In this document: positions 40,331 to 52,371 of the stretch, one piece after another
Layout: each line of letters begins with the position of its first letter
How positions within the stretch are numbered: the first letter of the stretch is position 1
Origin: Eledone cirrhosa
Taxonomy: Eukaryota
DNA length: 64,000 bases
Direction: 5' to 3'
Assembly: GCA_964016885.1 (NCBI GenBank)
Contig: OZ024742.1
Span: 219,790,001-219,854,000, forward strand
Position numbers and translations under genes: made by a program
Notes under the pieces: model-generated
What the model was told of the DNA's origin: nothing
The model's database searches: none
What the model saw: the letters and a program-made list of their open reading frames with translations, nothing else

Positions 40331-42544
40331 TTGTGGTGTGAATGGCTTAATTAAACAATGTGACAAGGCACATGGCTTAGTGGTTAGAGGATTGGGCTTG
40401 CAATTGAAAGGTTGTGAGTTCAATTCTTGGACCGGGTGATGTGTTGTGTCCTTGAGCAAGACACTTTATTTCACGTTGCTCCAGTTTACTCAGTTGTAGA
40501 AATGAGTTGCAATCCTGCTAAATCAATGGGTGGCAGTAGTTTCAGTTGCATGCATTGAAAGACTGGTGTAGTGGTTCTGAGAACAATGCGGCTTTGCAGA
40601 TGATCAATGCAAATTGACAATGGAAAGGTGCTCAAGCTCGATTTAGAAGAGAACTATTGACTTTCAGGACAAGCAGCGACCCCTGATTGCATTCAGCAAC
40701 TGTAACAAATACGTACACCAAATCCAATGCTCCTTGGGGCAGCCCTGGTTCTTCTTATTTGCGAGTGTAAACTCGGCCAGATTAGATTAGATGTATTTAA
40801 GTGTAAAGTGTGTTTGGAGAGAATGTTCAACTGGACCTTGGGAATGACAAAACATTTTAATATCTATGGAATTTGTCTTCATTATTTTACCCTTCATCTT
40901 TTACCTTCTGTACCTAGATCATTTTTTACCAGAACTTTTTTACAGCAGCAATGTTATCATGGCTCCTACCTCTTCATAAAAATATTTTCATTTGTTGGTT
41001 TGTGTTTCATCTGTGAACAAACATTCTTATTGAACATGACAGACTCCTCTATTTTTTGGCTCATTACACATGATTTATCAACTGTCTTTGCCTTTTAAAT
41101 CTCTGACATATTCAAATAGTACACTTCATCATCCTTTCAATAGTAATGTGTTAAGGCGCATGGCTTAGTGGTTAGGGAATTGGATTTGCAATTGTGAGGT
41201 TGTGAATTTGATTCCTGGACCAAGCAATGCATTATGCCTTTGAGCAGGACATGTTATTTCACATTGTTCTTTCTGCCAAGAGTTGCAACTGGTAGATAGT
41301 ATCTGTAATGGAAAGACCAATGGAAACATTGTTTCCTTGATCTGATTTGATGAGATCCACAATACTCAGTAAGTGAATAAGGTTTGGGATCGTGTCAATC
41401 AACTTCCTTCCTTCTTTTTCAATAGTAATCATAGCATTAGTTGAAGAAGACAGTACACTTGTACTGTGCATTTGTGTCTGGAGAAGATGTATACAGCATA
41501 CAATACACTTTGTACATTCAGCTGGGAAAAAGCTGCACTTAGCAATCACTACTTGTTTATTAACATAACTTTATTATACTTATGTATGAGTGATTTCATT
41601 TACACTTACACATATGGGTTGTTCTAAAAATTGACTCAAATATTTTTGGTAGTTTGGCAAACAATGCTATACTGAATGACACAACACAATGGCTGTAGAA
41701 TGAATTGAACTTATGACTAAGTGATCACAAAGTTTATCACCCAAGCCAGTGAGTAATTGCTTTAAAAGAATGGGTTTTTACATATTCTTCATTATATTAT
41801 CAACAACATCCTTCTCATTTAGTATTTTCGTCATTTGCAATTTGTTATTCTTAATTTCTTTCATCACTGACATTACATTTTTCCTGGCATTAGTCAAACA
41901 AAATCAACAGCAGGCATGTCACCAAGTGGGAGCACTGGATGGCACAGCTCTGATACTTCTCAGTGATGCAACATAAGATTTTTTAAAATTATGGTGAAAT
42001 GCTTATTCTGAAAATCTACCTTAGAAATATAGTGAATTAGAGGTCTCACCCAGAATAGTCTGAAGCTCAGTACTCTACTATTTCTGCCAATACAATAACA
42101 TTTTTTGACTTTGTAAATAATGGTTTCTCATATTGATTAGAATCTATGAATAAATATGAAGCATTTACTGATATTACATTGATTTCTAATTTAGGCACAA
42201 GGAGCAAGGGAAAAGTCGATTAAATCAACCCTAGTATTTGATTGGTACTTAATTTTACTGACCCAGGAAGATGCCAGGCAAGATTGACCTAGGCAGGACT
42301 TGAACTTAAAATGTAAAGAGCCAGAACAAATACCACAATGGCATTTTATCTGACATTCTACCAATCCACCACCCTATATACTGATATCAAATTAATGATT
42401 TTATATGCTGGCTATTTCTTTATCAACAACACAAGAAAGGAGGACACAATTAATTTCAGTAGGCTATGTACTGACATTATAGAGGATAAGAGATTTAGTC
42501 TGGGGCTACATTGTTGAGAGAAGTAAGAAAACACTGAAAGATGA

Positions 42545-43770
42545 GGTGTTATACACTGTAGGAGGTGTTACATTCACACTGTAGAGGGGAGGTGTTACAC
42601 TCATGTTGTTGAGGGGGGGGTGCTACACTCATAATGTAGAGTGGAGGTGCTACACTCACACTGTAGAGGGAGTTGTTACACTCATACTGTAGAATGGAGG
42701 TGTTACACTCATGTTGTTGAGGGGGGTGCTACACTCATAATGTAGAGTGGAGGTGCTACACTCATATTGTAGATGGGAGTTGTTACACTCACACTGTAGA
42801 ATGGAGGTGTTACACTCATGTTGTTGAGGGGGGTGCTACACTCATATTGTAGAGTGGAGGTGCTACACTCATATTGTAGAGGGGAGTTGTTACACTCATA
42901 CTGTAGAATGGAGGTGTTACACTCATACTGTAGAATGGAGGTGTTACGCTCATACTGTAGAATGGAGGTGTTACACTAATGTTGTAGAGGAGAGTTGTTA
43001 CACTCATGTAGAGGAAAGGTGCTACACTCATGTAGAAAGAAGGTGCTACACTCATGTAGAAAGAAGGTGCTATGCACATATTGTAGAAGGAAGGTGCTAC
43101 ACCCATATTGTAGAGGGAAGGTGTTACACTCATGTAGAGGAAAGGTGCTACACTCATGTAGAAAGAAGGTGTTACACTCATATTGTAGAGGGAAGGTGCT
43201 ACACTCATATTGTAGAGGGAAGGTGTTACACTCATGTAGAAATAAGGTGCTACACTCATATTGTAGAGGGAAGGTGCTACACTCATGTAGAGGAAAGGTG
43301 CTACACTCATGTAGAAAGAAGGTGTTACACTCATATTGTAGAGGGAAGGTGCTACACTCATATTGTAGAGGGAAGGTGTTACACTCATGTAGAAATAAGG
43401 TGCTACACTCATATTGTAGAGGGAAGGTGCTACACTCATATCGTAGAGGGGAGGTGCTACACTCATGTAGAGGAAAGGTGCTACACTCATCTAGAAAGAA
43501 GGTGCTACACTCATATTGTAGAGGGAAGGTGCTACACTCATATTGTAGAGGGGAGGTGCTTGCAACACTCATATTGCAGAAGGAAGGTGTTACACTGACG
43601 TTGTAGAGGGGAGGTGCTACACTCATGTTGTAAAGGGGAGGTGCTACACTCATGTAGAGGGGAGGTGCTTGCTACACTCATATTGTAGAAGGGAGGTGCT
43701 ACACTCATGTTGTAGAAGGGAGGTGCTACACTCATGTTGTAGAGGGGGAGGTGCTACAGTTATATTGTAG
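42545..43770. repeat. 24-28-bp minisatellite (tacactcat[att]gtagagggaaggtgY)
   Basis: Directly visible; accounts for the repetitive ORFs at 42816-43735. Confidence 0.97.
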
Positions 43771-44620
43771 AGGAAAATAAACATTGTCAAATATTTAGTG
43801 TGGCACCACACTAAATATTTGACAATGTTTATTTTCCTCTATATCACATTATAATGAGAAGTTACTAAACTCTGTGAGAAGATAACTTGGTGCATTTTCT
43901 ATTAAAATATTGTATATCGCCACCAAAATAATAAGGTTGATTTAATTAAAACAAATACAATCGATTTGCTCTTTGACATAAGGATATGATCTTTGATAGA
44001 GTTATTTTTAACAAAAATTGATAACCATAATGTATTACACAGACATTTTTCATCAATCAATAATGATTGGGTATCTTCACCTCATTGGTTATGTTACTAA
44101 AAAGTGAAGTAACTAAGTGATTGATCTCTCACTAATATATTCAATATCCATTCATCTAGTTCCAAATTGTTATAATAATTTCTATTATGAAGGTGACAAT
44201 GCCAAAAATCAATATTGACCTTATTGTTTATAAAGGCTTTAATGACTTATTATTTCAACAATCTTACAGAATCACATTTTCTATGACAGAAATGTTGGAA
44301 ATGTTTTATAAAGATAAATAGATTTTAAGAAGCTAAACAGAAAACACGTCAGAACTAGCAATCCTATCTAATGAGCTGAAGAAAAACTGAAACCACTATA
44401 AAATAACTTTATAAATATATATGCAAATCATCATCACCATTTAACATAAATTTTTGCATGCTAGCATGTGTTAGACAAATTGGACCATTATGAGACAAGT
44501 CAGATCAGATGACCGTGTCTTGCTCATACAGAACTGTTTCTGGCTTGGTTTCTATGGCTGGATGCCCTTCCTAATGCCAACCATATTTACAGTGTAGACT
44601 GTAAATATATATACATGTTT

Positions 44621-45305
44621 ATCATCACTGTCATCATCAGTAATCTCTCTTGTGATGCTAAACTCCGCCAGTTGCAGACTGCGCATCAACATGTGATTCC
44701 TCTCTCCACCAAGTTCGATCACCAGCAGCAGAGTTTAAAGAGAAAAGATCAAGTCCAGTCCATAAGTTGACATTATCAAGCCATCGTTTTGGCTGCCGGC
44801 CTCTGCTTCTCTTACCAGCCAACCCTACTTCCAGGCATAACCTACTCACACCACGAGTTGATCTTTTTATATGACCGTATAGTTTGAGCCCTCTTGACTT
44901 GACAATTGATGTAATTGGTTTGGTAATGTTCAGCAACTCACTGATACAGATACGGTCGCTGAGCCACTTGTCAGTCATAAGTCTCATGATGTGGTTCTGG
45001 AATGTAGAGAGCTTCTGAAGTGTATGACAACTGATAAAAACAATGCCAATCTCCAACTCACAATCTACAATCAGCAAATAGCTTAAGTTACAGAGTTTGT
45101 ATATCTCAGTCACAAACTATCATCAAACAACAATGGAATGGTTGCTGTGCAGTATCGCATCGCTCTAGGTTGGGAAACTTTCAACAAGAACAAGGAAGTA
45201 CTAACATCAAAACGTGTATCCTATCATTTGAAGGCTAAGATCTTTGATACTTACATCCTACCAGTTGTGTTATATGGTCTTGACTGTGTTAATTGGATCA
45301 TCACT
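44621..45305 (-). mobile_element. RTE LINE (third family) 3' end with inverted 5' segment
   Basis: - strand LQKLSTFQNHIMR...LKLYGHIKR...GKRSRGRQPKRWLDNV; + strand 45090-45300 YRIALGWETFNKNK...KIFDTYILPVVLYGLDCVNW; ATCATCACT at both ends. Confidence 0.8.
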
Positions 45306-47311
45306 AATAGATGACAATAATTAAACTAGAAATCTCTAACATAATATTTCTTGCAAGGAAATCAAAATATATCAGCTGATTGCTGGGATTCTAAACCACC
45401 TGACCTCTATTAAAGTCAAGCTCACAGTAAACAACCAAACTGTGACACAATATTTCCGTTTTAACTGGCACTGCTCTATTCAACAACATTCTGAAACAAA
45501 TCTAGGAAAAAAAATCACATAACCTTTAGTTAATAGTTGGACAAACTTCTCGAAGAAATCGCAGACAAACCACCAATGCCTGGATTTGTTTGGTCCAACA
45601 ACAATTCTTTGCTTCAGTGGGTTACATGATTCTAAGATATGACTTAAGTCTTTGGCATTTAAATCGGCCATATACAGCCAGAAATTTCACATCTCTGTCT
45701 GATTAAACCAGCCATAACTGGCCACTAATATCGACGTTAAGGCATTATTCTCAAAATAAATACTATCAAAATCTCATAGATTCGATATTATGTGAGGTGA
45801 AGCCTTTACCATGAAATTACAATAATAAATATGGAGTAATATAAATGCTACAGCTTGAAGCATAAGTTATGGAAAACTAAAACTAAAGTTATTAGCCACA
45901 TTCTTGGAAACTGTGAGAGAATACCAATGAGATATTATTTCCCCATGATCTCTGTCTACATTCCATATTATGCTATACCTTCACTGATGATCACTAATTT
46001 CACTTATATGCCTGCAGCAAGACAATGAATTGGCAGTCGTTAGAACATCAGATAGAATGCTTTGCGGTATTTGTTTTGGCTCTCTACTCTCTGAGTTTAA
46101 ATCCAACCGAAGTCAACTTTGCCTTTCATCCATTCAAGGTCGATAAAAAAAAACACAAGTCAAGTACTGGGATTCAATTCATCATCTATATCTCTTTCTT
46201 ACTTCCTTTCTCTCACTCTCTATCCTTCTCTGAAAGAAATCTGCTCTATTCAGAGCTGGAGAGGTGATGGTCCTCACCAGGTTTAAAAATTCCCTAGAAA
46301 TGTTGTATATCAATACGACACCCCTACAACTTCCTCAAGACCATGCATGTGTAGCTGCATGAGACATCTGTACAAATTTATCTGTAGTTTTACACAGGCA
46401 TCAAATTCTACAAACGTTTAACAAATGAATATAATTTACAACCAATATATCCTATATACATGTGAAATGTGAGGTAAAGAGGAAGCTTCTACATGGCTGC
46501 TCAGTCTTCTAGATATAGCAATACAGCTGCTCAATTCACATACACTCAGCTTAAAAATGAGAAGGATACATTAGATAATTTAGTCTAAAATACTTCTAAA
46601 TTATGAGGTGATCTTAGCTGGGATACCTTCACTCATAGGTCTATTGATCTGAAGCTAAACACCAATATCTGATGCATGTGTACATTTGTAGTTTCTGTGT
46701 GTGTGCATGTGTGTATGTGAGTGTATGTGTGTGTTAATTCTAATCTGTTTTAATTTTATAACATTAATAATAATATTTCTCATGCACATAAATCAAGATT
46801 GTTAAATCAATGTAATCTTATGAAAGAAATTTCTTTTGTAGCTTTGTTAATCAATATCCTGGAAGGTTTTCAAATATCACCTTAATCCCTTCTTTCATAT
46901 TCAGCCATATTATATTTATGTTGGCATCCACTAATATTTCTGTTTATAAGCTAATTCAAATTTCTTTCACTAAGCTTTGATTTCCTAAGTCTCTAAAAAA
47001 AAAAATGAATTTATATCATCTTAAAATCGGCGAGAGATTGAATATTATATAATTTAGCAACATGCTGCAGCTATTGAAATTTCAACCTTATTTTTAGTAG
47101 CTTAAATGAGAAGAAAAGAAGACTGAAAAAGACCACCAGTAGCACAAACACAATCTATGCTGGCATCTAAGTTGGAAGAGACTTTTTAGGAAGAATTCTA
47201 TAGCTGGATGTCTTTTTCCATGCTAACTAATACTTAATTTTTGTTGCGGTGCAATAATTAATGAGTGTAGGCCGGCTCCCCGGTTATGTTATTCTGAATG
47301 ATATCATCAGA

Positions 47312-47703
47312 AGGAGTCTTGATGCAGCGGTTTCCCTTCACAACTGGAGCCAGCTGGCCTCGACTGAGTTAATGGCAAGTGCCACGACGGATTAACCCTT
47401 TTCCCTTTCAAGCAGGGCAAATCCCTAATTTGAGATGTGACATGAAGTGACTCATTCTCCATCTTCAGCCTTGTCACTTTGGGTTCTGCTGCAGAGGAGA
47501 GGAAGGTATTCAAATACTGGGGCTTGTCTGACTGCTTCCTCTTTGCACCGGTCTCTATTGAGACCTCTGGTGTCCTTGGTCCCTGCACTGCTGATTTCCT
47601 AGATAAAGTCAAACAGACAATGGCCCACCATGAGATGGAGTGGCTGTTGCAGCAGGTGTCTCTGGCCATTCTCTGCAGTAATGATTTTGCCACTAATGTA
47701 TAG
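47312..47703 (+). mobile_element. CRE-like non-LTR retrotransposon 3' fragment
   Basis: GKCHDGLTLFPFKQGKSLI*DVT and AAEERKVFKYWGL..FAPVSIETSGVLGP...WLLQQVSLAILCSN. Confidence 0.8.
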
Positions 47704-48949
47704 TGACTCTTCCTTTCTTTCATTGCTTGATCCTTCTTTCCTTTTCTTTTTCTTCTTTACATTTTCATTTTTTTTCTTCCTTTTCTGTTCCCTTTAATAG
47801 TATGTTTTGTTTTTCTTAGATACTGTTCAATATGTACTTGTACTTTACATTGGTTAATAAATTAAAGTAAGTATGGAACTTATTCTCTACTGACTTTTGT
47901 TGAACTGCTAAGCTGCTGGACATTTTGTTTATGCAGGACAGAAACAAATGTCACTGCCTGCTTCACGAACAACCCCACCTCCACATGTATACAATAGAAT
48001 TCTTTTACAAGGCTATAGTAGAAGATACTTTGCCAAGGTGCTGTGCAGTGAAATTGAACTTGAAACCAGGTAGTTGTGAAGCAAACTTCTTAACTACATA
48101 CATAGCTATGCTTGCTCCAATCATGTCAATATTTGACACAATAATTAAGCTGACTGTTGTAAAAGATGTCACAACAGTAACAGTAATCTTTGAATATGCT
48201 CCATAATCAGGGCAAACAGATGAGCAAAAGAATCATTTTAGTAAGCCCTTCTTCCAGACAACCTTGAAAAATACACAACAGTAACTTCATTATTATGGAT
48301 GGTGACTTTAATGAACATTTTAGACAATGGTAGAGTGATTCTACTGATATAGATGATATAGCCATGAAACAAAAAAAATGAAAGAAATCAATGTTTTTGT
48401 TGGTGTCCCTTGATGTAAATGACCTAACCATTTATAACAAATTTTAAGCTTAATTATGTATTCCTCAAGCAAACACTACAGCTAGATAGATTTCATTCTC
48501 CTCAGGAAATAACATAGACTGTTAGTTATGAATGTTAAGACCTTCATTGATGAAGATTGTACTACTCAACATACAGAGGAGATTAATTACCTCAAATTAA
48601 GAGTCAAACAAAACAGACTCAGAGACAGAAGAGAAATTGGAGATAGAAGGTATAAAAGCTAAACAATCCTGATATCCTAAGTAATTTCCAACTTGTACTC
48701 TATGACATTCATGATGAGAGGGAGAGAAGGATATAGAGGAGGACTATAATAGAAAAGACAACTGGACGTTGCTGTGATACAACTTACTGCAAGTCACATA
48801 CCAAACTTATGGATGGACAAGATCCCATACTAGATAAATTTGATAAAACTAAGAAACAGGCCTGGAAAGAAAGGTGGGGGGGGGGGGGGTCAAGGAACCA
48901 TATTAGGTAACAAGAAGAGAAAATAGATGGCAGATATATCTAGAAAAAA

Positions 48950-50345
48950 GGAAGCCCCCAAAAAGATGTTTGCCAATATTTTGCAAGGAAATGTGTGAAG
49001 GTAAATCAGAATATTATTGGCAAATAGTACATATCAACTGATAGTGATGCACTTGCCATGGTACTGAGAATATAGAGTAATGGAAATGATTCTAGGAGTA
49101 TTTACTGAATAAAGATATTATGTGGAGGTGGGTGAAGTGAGAGGGATTGTTCCAAGTGGATTCAACAAAAAGAGCAGATGTTGAGATTGACTGCCATATG
49201 GCAGAAAGGGCCATTAATGATATGAAGGATAATAAAACAGCTGGATCATCAAAGATAGTCAGTGAATGCAGGAAGGTGTTATCCTCAATAACTGGCAAAA
49301 TAACGGCATTTTAAGCGTCTGTAAAACCAAGATGGATGCTTTATAAAGACGTAACTATAGAAGCACTAAACTGATGGACTTAGTTATGAAATTGTTAGAG
49401 AGTTATAGCAAAGTTAATCAGGGAGAGAACTAACTTGGATAAGAAGCAGTTTGGGATTGTGCCAAGATGTGGAAGCTCTAATGTTGATTGTATAGCGAGG
49501 CAACTACAAGAGAAGTTCTTAGCCAAGAACAAATCATTATAGCTACCACTTGTTGATTAGAAGAATACATTTGACAAAGTTCCACATTCTACAGGCTGAT
49601 GATTGGTAAGAAATGTGAGAATAGAAGTTCTTTATCAGAGCAGTGCAATTTAGCAAATACAAATGTTTCAGTTAGGGAGAGAGAACATAAAATTCCACTC
49701 CCAATTAGGAAGTGGTTGTGTTTGATATAGAGAAAGAGAGTAGATAGGCAATTGGAGGTGGGTATCAGGTAAACTTATAGAGAAGGATATCATATGTAAT
49801 AAATGAACAGGAGAAGCTAGCTAGAAGAGAACTTATGAAATGAAGTCTACCAGTTGCCCAGAAAGTTCATTAGAAATAGTTGATAGCTTCTGTTACCTAG
49901 GTGACCTAATCAGCAATGGAAGTGGGTATTGTGAAAGCACAGTAGCTAGAGTAAGATTGAGGTGAAAAAATATGATGTCACACACTGGTGATTAATGTGG
50001 AGGACATGCAAAGGCTGACAAGAGGAAAATAATGTAAGCATGCTCTGTTGGATGTGTAATTAACTGCAGTATGGTTGAACGACTGATTAATAATATGAAA
50101 ACAGGAAAGCAGCTGGTCCACCAGGGAGAGCGACTGAGATGCTGACAATATCTGGCAAAGTAGGTCATATGCTGGAAACTTGTATGGTCAATCAAGAAGT
50201 ACAGGAAGGTCTCATACTGGTAAAGCAGTATCATTGTCAGTTGCTAAAAGAGCAAAGGAGAGGCTCTAGAGAGAGAAAACTACAGAGGTATCAAATTGAT
50301 GGACCAAATTATAAATGTCACTGAAAGTGTTACAGCATAACCTAA
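48950..50345 (+). mobile_element. Strongly decayed RTE LINE
   Basis: Remnants QFGIVPRCGSS, RQLQEKFLAKNK, FDKVP and [16 protein letters not shown]. Confidence 0.65.
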
Positions 50346-50358
50346 TGTTGGTGTCAGT

Positions 50359-51532
50359 GACAGTATGTGAACATGGGGGACAGTATGTGAACATGGGGGA
50401 CAGTATGTGAACATGAGGGACAGTATGTGAACATGAGGGACAGTATGTGAACATGAGGGACAGTATGTGAACATGAGGGACAGTATGTGAACAAGAGGGA
50501 CAGTATGTGAACATGAGGGACAGTATGTGAACATGAGGGACAGTATGTGAACATGGGGGACAGTATGTGAACAAGAGGGACAGTATGTGAACATGAGGGA
50601 CAGTATGTGAACATGAGGGACAGTATGTGAACATGAGGGACAGTATGTGAACATGAGGGACAGTATGTGAACATGAGGGACAGTATATGAACATGAGGGA
50701 CAGTATGTGAACATGAGGGACAGTATGTGAACATGAGGGACAGTATGTGAACATGAGGGACAGTATGTGAACATGAGGGACAGTATGTGAACATGAGGGA
50801 CAGTATGTGAACAAGAGGGACAGTATGTGAACATGAGGGACAGTATGTGAACATGAGGGACAGTATGTGAACATGAGGGACAGTATGTGAACAAGAGGGA
50901 CAGTATGTGAACATTGGGGACAGTATGTGAAGATGAGGGACAGTATGTTAACATGGGGGACAGTATGTGAACATGAGGGACAGTATGTGAACAAGAGGCA
51001 CAGTATGTGAACATGAGGGACAGTATGTGAACAAGAGGGACAGTATGTGAACATGAGGGACAGTATGTGAACATGAGGGACAGTATGTGAACATGGGGGA
51101 CAGTATGTGAACATGAGGGACAGTATGTGAACAAGAGGCACAGTATGTGAACATGAGGGACAGTATGTGAACAAGAGGGACAGTATGTGAACATGAGGGA
51201 CAGTATGTGAACATGAGGGACAGTATGTGAACATGGGGGACAGTATGTGAACATGAGGGACAGTATGTGAACAAGAGGCACAGTATGTGAACATGAGGGA
51301 CAGTATGTGAACAAGAGGGACAGTATGTGAACATGAGGGACAGTATGTGAACATGGGGGACAGTATGTGAACATGGGGGACAGTATGTGAACATGGGGGA
51401 CAGTATGTGAACATGAGGGACAGTATGTGAACAAGAGGCACAGTATGTGAACATGAGGGACAGTATGTGAACATGAGGGACAGTATGTGAACATGAGGGA
51501 CAGTATGTGAACATGAGGGACAGTATGTGAAC
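50359..51532. repeat. 20-bp minisatellite (cagtatgtgaacatgaggga), about 58-59 copies
   Basis: Directly visible; accounts for the long repetitive ORFs at 50266-51534. Confidence 0.98.
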
Positions 51533-51747
51533 ACTAGGTATTCTAATGTGAAGAAGAAGACACTCAGTCAGGAAGACTCATCATCATTATGAACATAATG
51601 ATGATGATGATTATGGTCAGGGAAATGAACAAATTGAAAATGCTGATGATAATAATGATGATATATTTATGAATACCATTACAATGGTGAAGGTGATGAT
51701 GGTGATGTGTTAAAATAGATATGAAATTCAATGACGAAATTACTTAC

Positions 51748-51995
51748 TATCATACATGAGGCCAGTCATTTTAGTACGATTAATGTTATCATATCGTTGA
51801 ACTTCGAATCCCAGAGCTTGGAATCGTTCTTCAAGACGCTCAGCATCAATATCTGTGCCTTCTCTCGTAAGTTGACCAGTTGAGTCATCAAAGTTTTTGT
51901 TGTTTATGATTATGAAAATTCCCCGCCTTTTATTATTGAAGTTATATTCCAAAGGGTCCGATGGGGCCCCTGGTCTCATAGACTTTTTATCTCCG
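51748..51995 (-). CDS. Effector caspase (caspase-3/7-like), exon encoding the N-terminal part of the large (p20) subunit
   Basis: Translates (x)GDKKSMRPGAPSDPLEYNFNNKRRGIFIIINNKNFDDSTGQLTREGTDIDAERLEERFQALGFEVQRYDN...GLMYD, with caspase motifs G-x-x-IIINNKNF and R-x-GT-D-x-D. Acceptor ttttacag ends at 51996; donor GTAAGT starts at 51747 (phase 1). Confidence 0.93.
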
Positions 51996-52371
51996 CTGTA
52001 AAATAGAATTAATTACCAGTTAGTCATTTTTATGTTAAACTAATTGAAACACATTACAATAAAATTATTATTATTATTATTATCATTATTATTAACATAA
52101 GTAGAAAGCCACAAAGTTTTGATGGGGAGAGCTACAGTCAACAAAATCAACTCCAGTATATGATTGGTGTACATATTTTATCATCTGAGGAAACATAAAA
52201 TGCAATGTTGATCTAGGCAAGATTTAAAATCAGAACATAAAGAAACTCAACTAAATAACACAAGATACCTTGTCTGACACTACCTATTCTATCAGTCATT
52301 GTCCTATTTTGTCTGATACTGCTCTATTTTTCTAATAATAATCTGCTTCTAATAATTCTCTATTTGTTTTT

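Noticed and set aside
42816-43735. Repetitive ORFs of 65-225 aa
   Set aside because: Minisatellite translation on both strands.
50266-51534. ORFs of 186-422 aa with repeating MFTYCPSCSHTVPHVHILSL (CxxC-like)
   Set aside because: Translation of a stop-free 20-bp minisatellite, open in all three - frames; no evidence of coding.
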